A DNA stretch of 63,263 nucleotides, counting the filler, from Folioceros fuciformis (taxonomy: Eukaryota), in the NCBI GenBank assembly GCA_049999805.1. It is 6 parts of 6 records of this genome, joined end to end, with 100 filler letters (N's around TTAATTAATTAA, not from the genome) between each part and the next. Parts side by side here need not be neighbours in the genome. Positions count along the whole stretch, not along the records: positions 1 to 31,288 come from JBNGIO010005915.1; positions 31,389 to 37,785 come from JBNGIO010005922.1; 4 more parts are not named here. One strand, written 5' to 3'. The translations under genes and the position numbers were made by a program. Below, piece by piece: positions 25,367 through 37,885 of the stretch. Under the pieces are notes generated by a model. The model was not told where the DNA came from. It made no database searches and saw only the letters and a program-made list of their open reading frames with translations. How positions within the stretch are numbered: the first letter of the stretch is position 1; each line of letters opens with the position of its first letter.

Positions 25367-26180
25367 CTGAACAGCACACCCTTGGAACGTTTCGGACGGC
25401 AGGTGTGGAATGTGGATGTTGTCGCTCTCATGCGCTCATCAGTTTTATCACTAACCACGTGAAAGAGACAATCGAGACTCGACTTCGATTGCAATGAAAG
25501 TTTTGTTACATGTTATATAATATTTTATGTGTATCCATATTGGTATATATGTGTGCGGGTTTTGTCGGGCTGACACGATTGGATGTGTATTTTTGTCCCC
25601 GAGTCCTTTATTGAGGAGTAGAGCAGTAAGATCCGAGCGGTTTTTGGTAGTCTAACTGCCTTCCGACTCGAGCGCTTTGGGAAACCTCGACACCTTCAAA
25701 CCGCCCTGTCTTGCAATCCTGCCCTGTCTCTACTCCACTGGACGTCGACTCCATCTCTCGCTCCGCCCGCGCTCTCCACCTGCACTGCCATTTTTGTGGA
25801 AACGCATTTCTCTCGTGGGGTACCAAACTTCCCACTGTCTCCGCCCCTCGCCCAGGCAAGGTACGATACCAGAATTGGGAGCTGGGACCGAACACGGGGT
25901 TACGCGGAGAGCAGGAGCTCTCATTCCGTGCATGCTGGGCCTGGGGCGTCTGGCTCTCATCGGTCGGTGGCAGGACGCAGGGCGCAGGGCGCAAGGACCA
26001 TGAAGCTTTCTGTCGTGGTGATGCATCACATGAAAATTTACAGCCGTTGCGAATCGTATGGGACTTGTGGGAACTTCTTGCAGACATGGAAATGCGAGGA
26101 CGGAAAGTGTGCTAGAAATTGAGCTTTCCAGGATGGGATAGTGCCCGGGACGGAACCAATTCTCGCCGGGGCTGGGGCAA

Positions 26181-29100
26181 ATGAAAGAAAGGATGACGAG
26201 AAAGCTTACACCCCGCTCACGGAGCCGGATGTCGAGGTCCATGTCGTTCACTGCAAAGGCGCAGTGGAAATTCAGCAATTTTCTTGCTGCCGGAGGGTTT
26301 CTGCTCCTGGCGTGTGTTCTGTTTCTTCAGGTGAGGCTCTCGGGTGTGGGAGGGTTTGTAGAGGACGCGGCGGAGACGCAGGAGGCAGGGTTCCTGAACA
26401 GGGATGTGCACCAAGAGCACGCTGATTTTCGGAAAAAATTCTTTGGGAAGTTGATGAGTGCGGGGAGGGGAGCGGCGGAAGGGTTGGTTCAGGAGGAGCA
26501 ATTTGGAAAGAGCAGGCACCGCATTGAAGACGCTCTCGATGCGATCGATGAACTGGAGAGGGAGGTGGCGGAGGTGAGCCTGCATCCTGCCAATCACGCG
26601 GCGCTGTTGAGGAGGAGCAGCGATGGGGAGAGGCTGAATGTGGGTGCTGGACGCCTGAGCATTGATGATGCGAAGCTCGAGGAGTTGGAGGCGGAGTTGG
26701 ATATGGAAAACGATGAGCTGGAGGAATTCGAGAGCTTTGGTGGTAACTTTTTGAATGAGTTGGATGAACCTAAAGATGACAAAGCGGAGGACATGGATGA
26801 CTCTGATTTTGGTGATGAGCACGAGGAAACGGCAGCGGGAGTTATGGATAAGTCGGAAGAGAGCTCTGTTGAGGTACGGGCTAAACCTAGTAGGCAAGGA
26901 GGGGATGGGGATGGACAGCATGCGGAGGTTTTGAAGGAGGCCAGGGAGATGGAGGAAAGGGAGCGGGGGGATGATGATGATGCCGTAAGGTCTGAGAAAG
27001 GAGTCAAGAGGCTGACTAGATCGGAGCAGATCAGGACGGTGCCTAGATCAGACCGGTCTGAGGTTCGCAGGCTTGGCACTCTGAGAGACACTGTGTTTGA
27101 TTCTCTCAGCAAGGATGGTTCATCCACTGGCAACAAGGAGAAGATGCAATTTGTTTGGGACCATGTGTTGGGATTCAGGAAGAAGCCATTGACTGACGCT
27201 GATGGCTCACTTCCTGGCTCTGATCAGAGCTTGGTAAAGACAAGTGGCAAGGACATCTTTAGCACCGATGATGTGCCGATTGATGAGGATGTGATGACCA
27301 AGGTGGAGGAGTTGGTAGACATCGAAGATGCATTACTGCTTAGAAATCAAAAGCTTTTCAAGAGTCCAAAGTCCTCGGGCAAGAAGAACTTTGAAGCAAA
27401 AGAGGGCGCAACCCAGGGGAGAGTGGACCTTTTAAATCCTGTTAATAACCCTCTTCTTACAGATCCAGATTCTTTGGACACAGGAGGCCTTACCAAGAGT
27501 GACAGAGCCATACTTAAGCTGCTGAGAGGCCAACCCTCGGAATTTTCAAAGTTTGAGCAGCAGGCTAATGCTGGATCTCCTGTGAAACCTGTCAATGACG
27601 AGGAGCCTTTAGTAAAAGGCAGTCAGGAGTCACTGCCGCAAAGAAGCTTGGCAGAGACACTAGAGTCAAGGGGCGGCGCAGAGCAGATACGAGTTGGTAG
27701 AACAGTGACGCTAGAATCTGGTGCTTCTGGAAACTCTCGAGAAGATGGTAGTGGACTAGGTATTTCAGCTGATGTTATGCATCAGCCCAGGCAGTTGAAG
27801 GTCTCGCTGGAGAGAAAACAGGAAAGGGTAGCCAAAACTGGCAGGTCCTTGCTTTTGGGCAAATCAAAGGCTGTGAACGGAAGGATGTCAAAAGCTTCCG
27901 CCGGCAAAATTATCCATAACTCAGGATCTGCAAGAACACCCCTGCGAGTGCCCCCAAGGTCTCAGCACTCGCTTAGAGGGAATCGTTCACAGATGCTGCA
28001 TACAGTGACTGCTGTCACCAAGAGATGGGGTAGCTTTCCAGGAATTGATCCGTTTCTGCCCTTTTCGTCTTTCATGGACACCTTTCTGGGAGACAGGGCC
28101 TGCACTATCAATGTCTTCATGGTGTGGAACACACCCCCATGGTCATACACCGTTAGATATCAGCGTGGGCTGGAGAGTCTTCTCCATTTTCATCCCCAGG
28201 CATGTGTTGTGGTGTTCTCAGAAACTATGGACTCCGATTCATTTCAAGGATTTGTCCAAGAAGGGTAACGTCCTCATGCCTCGCTGGAACCCTTTCTTAA
28301 GTTGGATGTGATTCTCGAGAGCACCACTGAAGGAACAAGACTTGAATGCAGGTACAGAGTTGCATTGGTGAACCCAAATTTGGAGGAGCTTCTTCAAGGC
28401 ACATCGAGTGATGTCTTTGCATCCTTATGGCAGCGGTGGCGGAAGATAGGCCTCTATCACATCCACTCGAGTGAACTGCTGAGACTTGCTGCCTTGTACA
28501 AGTAAGTTCAGTCCACTGAAAATCGTTTAGCTGACAATGATCAGCAAATCTTATGAGGTTCACTATGGGTTTAACATGTGACTTGTGTACAGGTATGGAG
28601 GCATATATCTCGATGCCGACGTTTTAGTCCTGAAGCCTCTAACGAATCTGGTGAACACCATAGGAGCAGATTCGTTGAAAAATGGTGACCGAAGGCTAAA
28701 TGGGGCTGTTATGGTCTTCCAGAAAGCTAGGTAGCGGACGCTTGCTGGTAGCTTAAATGTGGATCTCTGTTGCTTCAAGCTTTCACGGCACTGAGGATGT
28801 CTTGTGTATCATTTCTTGCCAGCCCTTTTCTGAGAGAGTGCCTACACGAGTTCACAGCAACTTACAAGGACAACGAGTTAGGATGGAACGGTGGCGGGTT
28901 ACTGATGAGAGTCACGGCAAGACACAATCGCAGTGCACTTGAAATTCGGGATCCTTCGGATTTCTATCCCCTTGGACCAGACAGCATCCAGACGTAAGTT
29001 GTGTGAAAGCTCTGCTCGCAGCTTGCTTCCCTGTTGAATGTCAATGAGGTTAACCCCCAGGTCCGCTGACGCTCTGGAACGCCTGGTTGCTGTGGAGCAG

Positions 29101-29287
29101 ATACTTTGTTGCGCCCCAGAGCATTCTGGAACAAGAAGAGCACAACGAGTTGCTGGCAAAAATTTTGAAGGAGTCTTATACACTGCACTTTTGGAACGGT
29201 GTGACTGCTAGAACCATACCAGAAAGCGGAAGCCTGATCTCGAGTGTCTTGGACCAGTACTGCCTGCGCTGCAATGAGGTTGTTTGA
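26181..29287 (+). CDS. Alpha-1,4-glycosyltransferase family (GT32, DXD motif) type II membrane protein, 5 exons
   Basis: N-terminal TM (FLAAGGFLLLACVLFLQV), long acidic stem, VFMVWNTPPWSYTVRYQRGLESLL, HSSELLRLAALYK|YGGIYLDADV, LNGAVMVF, WNGGGLL, LHFWN. Exons approx. 26181-28264, 28352-28502, 28593-28729, 28823-28993, 29101-29287. Confidence 0.92.
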
Positions 29288-29562
29288 CGAGTAGAGCAGA
29301 GCGTTATGAGACAGACGTACGACCCTCACTTCCCTCTCCTGTAAGCTGTGTCTGCCGACTGCCAACAGCTGAGTGGATTTTGTGTCACTGTGTACAGTCA
29401 TAGAGAGAACAGGGACGCCCATTGTCTCCACCTTCAAGGGGCGACCGCCATTTGTACGTTAGTTGAAGGGCTGATTCTTTAGCCGTCTCAAAAAGGACTC
29501 CGCGGCTTTGTTTGTGCAATCTGTGCACCCACTTAGCGACTAGGTTTCTGGAATCGTGAGTC

Positions 29563-30865
29563 ATGTATCACGCATCGCGGAATGTCGCGAGCATGGCTGC
29601 GGCGCTGTTAACGCATCTCCTCAGAGACCTCAGAGCAGGCGGCTCGCGTGTACGGTTGTATCACAGGTCCAAGGATACGGGGTGGCTGCAATCGGGAAAG
29701 GAGCGATGGCACAAGGACTTCCCCTTGGACGCTGTGCTGGAGCGGGACAAGAAGGTGTTGCAAGTGAGCACCTTGAAGGACATTTTGGCGAAAGAGCCAG
29801 GCATGCGCATGACTCTCACACGGCTAGGGAGGCACAAGCAGACACTGGGAGTGACCCGGAGAGTGGAATCTTGGCTGGAGAATTTCCCCGCTATCTTCCA
29901 GGTGTGTATGACGAAGAGAGCGTGTCTGTGCATCTCTGAACAGTGCGAACGTTGTAATGCCAATGTATGCCCTGCCATGGCAGATCCACAACGTCGGAAC
30001 CCCGGCAGCTTGGTTCACCTTCACTTCTGAAGCAGCCCGGCATGTGGCAAAGGAAAAGCAATTCCTACAGGACAACCATGGCCCCGCTGTGGAGCGCCTC
30101 AGGAGGTTGCTGATGATGGCTCCAAATCGCCGCATCCCGCTCTCTCTCCTCACGAACGTGAGGACAGACCTAGGCCTACCGGAGGACCTGGCCCCCCGGC
30201 ACCCGGACGTGTTCCGTGTGGCGGAAGAGCAGCTGGAGCTGGCGCAGTGGGACAGCGCCATGGCGGTGTCGCTCATGGAGATGGTGGCTCAGCCGGAGAG
30301 CGACGAGGTCAAGCTCCGGCACTGGAGCAACGTCACATACGACAGGCATGGGTACCTCAAGCTGAAACACGTAGAGGAGCAGCGTCACGAGTCTGGCGCC
30401 GGCACCAGGCTTCCGCAGCTCATTTTCTCCAAGAAACGCGACCTGAAGCGAAGCCGCGTCGAGGAGGTGCTCATGTTTCAGCAGGCCCCGCCAGCGTCTC
30501 CCTACTCCCAAACCCCGCCCGATCTCCATCCCGGCTCCCAGCTGGCGGAGAAGCATGCCGTGGCCGTGATCCACGAGCTCATCAGCCTCACGCTCCTGAA
30601 GCGCGCGTCGCTGGATTCATTCCTCACCCCCTTCGCCTTCCTCCTCCGCACCTCCAAGCCCCTCGTCACACTCCTCCTGCACCATCCCGAACATTTCTAC
30701 GTCTCCTTGAAGGGAGAACGGCAGACGGTGTTCTTACGGGACGCGTACAAAGGCTCATGCCTTATTGTAGACGACCCGCTCGTGGCTTTGCAGCGCTCCT
30801 GGATTGTACCCTTGCTCTCCAAATGTGGCATCCTTGGACCTAGTGGATCGGTGCTCTCATCTTAA
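29563..30865 (+). CDS. PORR domain protein paralog 2, 2 exons (intron 29902-29983)
   Basis: RWHKDFPLDAVLERDK, WLENFPAIFQ|IHNVG, RLRRLLMMA, DLGLPED, LELAQWD, SPY, AEKHAVAVIHELISLT, HPEHFYVSLKG, TVFLRDAY. Start at ATG 29563 or 29593. Confidence 0.9.
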
Positions 30866-31288
30866 TAATAACATACATATGCACAGAGCGACGTCCATTA
30901 GTACTTTGTTCGCATGTTTTGGTTCCATCTCATTTCCACGGCAAGCGGTGATATGGTAATTCATATTCTGATTCATGGCTCCTTAAACGGTCTTCTATCC
31001 ATCCTCATACCCTTTGGGCTCTTGCACCCATGATGAAAAAACTGGTGAAAAGGGGAGACGTGGGATGCAAGGCGTGTGGCATTTTATATGCGAGGTGCAT
31101 AGTTAGAAGGACCTTAAGGACCTGCATCGTAGAGGTTCATCTATGTTTTGAGCCAAGCAATTCTAAGGGCTGTTTTCCATGGAGCCCGTAAAATACGGGC
31201 TGCATGGAACAAGTTGCGAAACTCCGCTAGGTTTGTTGGCTTTCCATGGGCATATGACTTTCTCAACTTTCCGTTTTTCACGCAAATG

Positions 31289-31388
31289 NNNNNNNNNNNN
31301 NNNNNNNNNNNNNNNNNNNNNNNNNNNNNNNNTTAATTAATTAANNNNNNNNNNNNNNNNNNNNNNNNNNNNNNNNNNNNNNNNNNNN
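31289..31388. other. Artificial contig-joining spacer (N44-TTAATTAATTAA-N44); linker also at 37830, 39795, 54645, 58023
   Basis: The same 12-mer, with stop codons in all six frames, sits in the centre of each 100-nt gap. Confidence 0.95.
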
Positions 31389-34300
31389 ACCTAAATACGG
31401 TTGTAACCGTCACATGTCAGGTGACACACAAAACGTGTGTTACCCCATAATGCAATTCATTCGATCCTATCTTTTTGCATGGTTTCAGAGCTCACGTTCA
31501 CGGTGCTGACCTGCTGGCTGGCCTACCGGCTGACGCGCCGCGTGCACAAGATCTGTATTTTTTCGTGGAGTATGGAGATGTGTTCTTGATCGTTGGTAAG
31601 GTGGCGCGCTAGCAGCGATCTGGGAAATGCTTAGTGCATACAGCTTTCCCAGGTGTTAGGATCGATAGGAGCAATTCTTGGAGCAATGTAGTGCAGCCTC
31701 TGGTGCATCATGCCTGGTTTGCGAAAAAGAGAGCGCCTGGCCAAACGTGCGCTGAGGCTTGCCAGTATCACAGAGTTTGAGCGCCGGTGTGAGAGGAACT
31801 ACCAAGAGAGCCTGGCACCTGGAAATAGGTGGCAACAAGCCTGGATAAGAATCTGAATCATCTTAGAACTAATGGCAACAAATGTGGTTCAGGGTTTCGA
31901 AGCCAATGATGGGTATGACTGGAGCAAGATAGATATTTCTGACCTGGTCCAATAGCAGACATGTCTTCCAGGTCAACCTTTGTCATAAATCTGCCTGCGA
32001 CACCAGATAGTGTCCACACATTAGTCTTCAATTCGTTGAGTGAACTGCTTAAGGAACAACCATTCATACCCTGTGTCCATTACATAGAAACCTTCACTTG
32101 TCATGTAGTACACAAACTGCATTCTGAGTTCTGTTTTGCCCAACAAGAAAGTATTCAAATGTCTTTAGAGGTAAAGTGTCAACGAAATTCACCTTCCTCC
32201 TGCAAGGCTACTTTTCATTCTCTCGACTGAGAGTCATGGCTGGGCAACAGCCACAAACCCCTCTTGCCTTGGCGAAGGAAGATAAGTTTGATGGGGAAAA
32301 TTTTAACCTCTAGAAGTTCCATATGGAAGAATTGCTGAAGTCGAGAAATTTGTGGGAATACGTAGGTGCAGCTGCTGTGAAACTTGAACCACCAAACACT
32401 GCACCATCGGATGAGATTGCAGCATGGCAGACTGCAAATCAACAAGCAAGGAGTTCATTAACTATGAGTGTCAAGAGCTCTCATATGGCCACACTCATGG
32501 GCTCTTTTACATCAGCAGCAGCTCTCTGGCAACAATTACTTGAAGTATATGATGCTTCAGACTTGATGCTAAAGACTCACACGCTCAAGTCTTTTGTATG
32601 CCAGAAGATGTCAGAAACTGACAGAGTTGTTGAGTTTGTCCTCACCTGGAGAAGTTGGCAAACAAAACTCCTGGCACTCGGCTTGAAACTCGATGAAGAA
32701 ATAATGGCTGTCATTCTCCTTTCACAGCTGCCAGAAAGCTGGACCAATGTAGTCCAATCCCTGCAGAATGTAGCATAGATCACGGTAAACCGTGTCATCT
32801 CAACTATGCTTACTGAGGAAAATCGCCGAACTATGGCATCGTCCTCAACAGCTGCAGGAGATAAGGCCTTGTTCATTAATAAACCTGGACGAGGCAGAGG
32901 CAGAGGCATGCCTTTTGTCAGAGGAAGAGGCCGAGGACGTGGTATCTCATTCAGACCACAGCCCTTTAATGCTGGAAAGAGCAAGCCGCCATGCGGCTAT
33001 TGCGGAATTCCCAATCACACCTGGGAAGTCTGTAGAAAAAGACTGGCTAATCAGTCAGGAGGCAGCCACACTAGTGGTAATTTGGCAGTTACCATGAAGA
33101 AATATACTAAGGCTTTTGCAGCCACAGTAGAAGAGGCTGAAAATGTACCACATCAAGCAACCAGTATCTCAACATTGGTGGTTACCTGTTACGCATCCCA
33201 GGTTGACCAGGTGTGGTACATAGATTCAGGTTCGTCTCAGCACATGACGCCAAATCATGCCTACTTCACAAATCTTGAACCAATAAATGCTGAGAGGTTT
33301 GTTTGCCTGGGGGACAACACTAAGCACAAAATCGAAGGTCAAGGAACAATCCAGCTTGACCTCGAGCCTGATCAGCACCTAGAAATCCCAGAGGTGCTCT
33401 ACGTACCAGGATTAGCTAAAAACCTGGTATCTGTACGAAAGATAGACCAGTCAGGCTGCTACATCTGCTTCGGCGGAGGCAAGTGCATAGTGGAGACTCC
33501 GGAAGGGAAGCTCATGGCTACTGGAGGACTCAAAGCTGATGATTTATATCATCTGAACATCAAGCATGTTCAAGCCAATGCAGCTGTGCACCCTGCACAC
33601 ATGGCAAAGCCATCTTTAACATACCTATGGCATTTGAGACTTGGCCATCTGAACTTCCAAAAGCTAGTACGCATGTATAAAAATCAGCTGGTCAAGGGAC
33701 TAAAGTTAGATACCTTATCTGACTTTGGTATATGCAATGCATGCGTTGTTGGGAAGCACCACCGAGCACCCTTTCCGTAAGAACCAGCTGAGAGAGCTAC
33801 AAAATTGCTTGGGTAAGTGCACAGCGATGTATGTGGACCACTACCTGTGTCAATAGGAGGAAAGACCTATTTTTTGTCATTCATTGATGACTATTCGAGG
33901 TTCACTATGATCTATCTCCTCAAACGCAAGTCTGAAACTTTGTCCTGCTTCATGGAGTACAAGGCATGGGCAGAAAACAAAACTGAGCACAGACTCAAGG
34001 CATTGCGTTCTGACAATGGAGGAGAGTATGTATCTGCTGAGTTTCAGGCGTTTACCTCTGCAAATAGCATATCGAGGCAGCTGACAAATGCACGTACTCC
34101 ACAACAAAATGGTGTCTCCGAGAATAAGAACAAATCCCTGGAGACAGCAGCTTCTAGCATGCTAACGTATGCTAATGTTCCGAAGTGCTACTGGGCAGAA
34201 GCAGTAGCATATGCCACATTCATACAAAATCGGATAGAGCATGAAGCTGTCCAAGACAAGACCCCCTACGAGCTTTGGACTGGAGAAAAGCCTGATGTTT

Positions 34301-37182
34301 CTCACATGAGGGTCTTCGGATCACCTGTTTATGTGCATGTTCACAAAGATCTTAGGCAGAAATTTGATCCTAAGTCAACATCCTGCATCTTTCTGGGTTT
34401 TTCAGATGGTATCAAAGGATACAAAGTTATTGACAAGCGTACCAGGAGGGTGACACATTCTCGGGATGTCATTTTTGTTGAAGGAGTGGAATCACTTGAT
34501 TCAGTGGGAGCTGCCTCCCAGGATACACCTGAAACATCAGATGATGAAGGGCAAGAATCAGTGCCCTCAAATCCAATAGCTGTTGTACCTCAAGTTACTG
34601 TACCACCAGCTAATCCTCAAGTTGGTGTACAAGGGCAGCAAGTTCCAGCTACGCCAATCAGTCAACCTCCAAATAGACCCACTAGTAGTGCTGAAACGGC
34701 ACCTATTGTATTTGGAGATTTTGACATAGAGGGAGTAGTGTCTCCTGGAGACTTGTTTTCTACACCCTCACATTATCAGCATACACAGACATCTGGAGTT
34801 GTGCAACGCAAAAAGAAGGTTGTCTCTGTACCTGTACAGCCAAGTCAAAAACCTGTTAGGTCAACTGCTGGGAAAATTGACCTATACAAAGCTCATGATT
34901 GGCGGCATGGCAAGGACCCAAAGCATTCAAAGTCAAATCTAACTTACTGTTTAGCTGCTGCAATTGAGCACTTCGAGCCACAAACCTATGAGGAGGCATT
35001 GGCCTGTCCTGATGCTGAACATTGGAGGAAGGCAATTGCCTCCGAGCTGAATTCATTGAAGGAGAATGAAACTTGGGAACTCACTCAGCTGCCACCTGGA
35101 AGGAAGCTCATTGGCAGTAAATGGGTGTTTAAGGTTAAATTGAAAGCTGATGGTAGCATAGAACGTTATAAAGGAAGAGTAGTGGCAAAGGGCTACTCAC
35201 AAGTTGCAGGAGTCGACTATACGGACACCTTCAGTCCTGTAGTAAAGATGAGCACTCTCAGATTATTTATGGCCCTGTTAGCAGTCCACAATTATGAGCT
35301 TGAACAGCTCGATGTTACCACGACGTTTCTGTACGGACATCTGAATGAAGAGATCTATATGGAGCCACCTGCTGGATTATTACCTTCTGACACTAAACAG
35401 CAGACTGTATGCAAGCTCAAAAGGACCTTATATGGACTTAAGCAAAGTCCTCGTGCATGGTTTGCACGTATACATAGCTTCCTAGTTTCTCATAACTACC
35501 TGCCTATTCATGCAGACGATAACGTTTATGTAAAGAAGGGCGAGGGCAAGAATTTCTTGGCGCTCGCAATATATGTTGATGACATACTTATTATGTCCAA
35601 TAGCCTGAATATGATTGGAGAGCTGAAGGAGCAACTCAAGTCTGCATTCAAGATGACAGACTCAGGTGCATTAACATTATGCCTAGGGATGCAAATTCAA
35701 AGAGACAGAGAAAGAAGGAGTATTTTTATGCACCAGGCTAAATATATCAGGCAGATCCTAGCACGTTTCCAGATGCAAAATTGCAAACCTGTTTCAACTC
35801 CTCTTGAACAAAACGTAAAATATAGTGCACAATAAGGAGAGGCAGAGCTTACTGCAGAAGAAGTAAGACTGATGGCAGAATTTCCATATACCTCTCTGAG
35901 TGGAAGCGTGATGTATTTGATGCTGGGCACAAGACCAGATCTTGCGTATGCTGTGGGAATTCTGTCCCAGTTTTTGTCAAACCCTGCCATGGCTCACTGG
36001 TTAGCAATGAGGAGGTTGTTCAGGTATATAAAAGCTACAGAAGACTGGGGCCTCCTCTACAGTGGAGATGCAGATGATCCACTTACTCTCAAAGCATTCA
36101 GCGATGCCGACTGGGCAGGAGACCAGGATTCACGCCGCAGCATCTCAAGCTATGTATTCACTTTGGCAGGGAGTGCAATCTCCTGGAGCAGCAAGCGACA
36201 ATCAACTGTTGCATTGTCATCAACAGAGTCAGAATACAAATCACTGACTGAAGCATGTAAAGAGGCCATTTGGGCAGTGGGAGCACTTACAGATCTTGGT
36301 TCCCTTCAACCACTGCCGCTAAGATTGATGTGTGACAATCAAAGCGCCATAGCATTATCAGAAAATCCTAGATTCCATGCACGCACGAAGCATCTCGGCG
36401 TGCAGCATCACTTCATCAGGGAGCAGGTTGCAAGTGGACTCATCCAAGTAGTGAACTGCCCCACAGGGCTCATGACAGCAGATGTCCTGACCAAGGCGCT
36501 AGGCAAGACGAAGCACAGCCAGCATGCTCATGGAATGGGACTGCGCTCCGGGTCAGGCAGGCCAATCTGGCTGCCCGATCCAGCTGAATCCAGCAGGAGC
36601 CATCAGGCTCATTTCGAAGATGCAGAAGAGATCTGAGTGCGCAACAGCAGCGCGCATCCAGCGTCAGGGCAGCTAGCAGCTGAGAGCCGCAGTGGCGGCG
36701 AGCTGCAATCCAGCAGCTGCGATCCAGCAGCTGCAAGTAACAAGCATCCCCAGCAGAGGGTGTCGGCGGCGCAAGTGTGCGCGCATCACTAGCAGCTGGC
36801 GATCTCGCACGGATCAGGCTCTCACGGCAGCGGACCGGCCACGAAGAAGGTGAAGTCCAAACATTTTTTGGATAGCGCTTCTTCGGCGGCAAAGTTTCTT
36901 TTGAAGTTTCAATTCTAGTTGAAGTTTCTTAGGGCAGTCAATAGAATTAGAATTAAATGGTTGCTAAAACTATGCGACTATAAATAACCTAACTCCTGAG
37001 TGGGAGTGAAACTATATATATATTAATTATGTCCAGTCCTTAGGTTAATTAGCGAACTAGACGGTTACCTAAATACGGTTGTAACCGTCACATGTTACCT
37101 CGGTTGTAACCGTCACATGTCAGGTGACACACAAAACGTGTGTTACCCCATAATGCAATTCATCCGATCCTATCTTTTTGCA
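31389..37182 (+). mobile_element. Ty1/copia LTR retrotransposon, nearly full length, with nonsense mutations
   Basis: 5' LTR remnant 31389-31479 matches the 3' LTR 37007-37182 (TG...CA); PBS TGGTTTCAGAGC 31480-31491; PPT GAGTGGGAG; gag ATG 32236; knuckle CGYCGIPNHTWEVC; protease YIDSGSS; integrase HSDVCGP/RSDNGGEY; RT YVDD; RNaseH SDADWAGD. Confidence 0.96.
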
Positions 37183-37785
37183 ATTGGTAGCAGTCCCCAA
37201 TCCATGTCGAAAGTGAAAGGTTTCCTAATTGCTGAATTCTCCATGACGGACTTGGGTTAGTTGACCTTCTTCTTAAGGATTCAGATCATCCAAAACCTGT
37301 CTAGACACTCGATTTTCATACATCAAGGTCAATTTGTACATCGAGTCCTAGTTAGGTTTAGGCTACAAGACGCAAAACCAGCTGTAACTCCAATGGCAGT
37401 TGGTGACAAGCTCACCTTGGCACAATGCCCAACAACTGAACAAGAACGGATGGAAATGGAGAAGGTACCTTATAGGTCAACAGTGGGAGCATGCATTTAT
37501 TTCAGGAATTGGACAAGGCCTGACCTGGCACATTCAGTTGGGGTCACATCCCAGTTCCTGTGAAATTACGGCACAGCGCACTGGGATGTAGTACAAAGGA
37601 TCCTCCATTACCTTGGAGGATCACCTAACCTTGGCCTGCTATACACAAAGAGACCAGAAAACCTACTTCTTAGCTGCTTCTGTGATGCAGATTGGGCCTC
37701 TGATTCCGACAGTAGGAAGTCTATCTCTGCACACTGCCTGCTGTTAGGAAAGGATGAATGGAACTCAACTGTAATAACATGGCAT
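37183..37785 (+). mobile_element. Copia RT C-terminus/RNaseH fragment (host of the preceding element)
   Basis: EFSMTDLG, TRPDLAHSVG and CDADWASD begin immediately after the 3' LTR. Confidence 0.85.
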
Positions 37786-37885
37786 NNNNNNNNNNNNNNN
37801 NNNNNNNNNNNNNNNNNNNNNNNNNNNNNTTAATTAATTAANNNNNNNNNNNNNNNNNNNNNNNNNNNNNNNNNNNNNNNNNNNN

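Noticed and set aside
25608-26180. Several 100-180 aa ORFs upstream of the GT32 gene
   Set aside because: No recognisable domains; overlapping ORFs in several frames fit a GC-rich 5' UTR and intron.
26217-27136. Long antisense ORFs opposite the GT32 and PORR exons
   Set aside because: Shadow ORFs from the codon bias of the real sense-strand genes.
31333-31344. Recurrent TTAATTAATTAA motif
   Set aside because: Always centred in 100-nt N gaps; an artificial six-frame stop linker.
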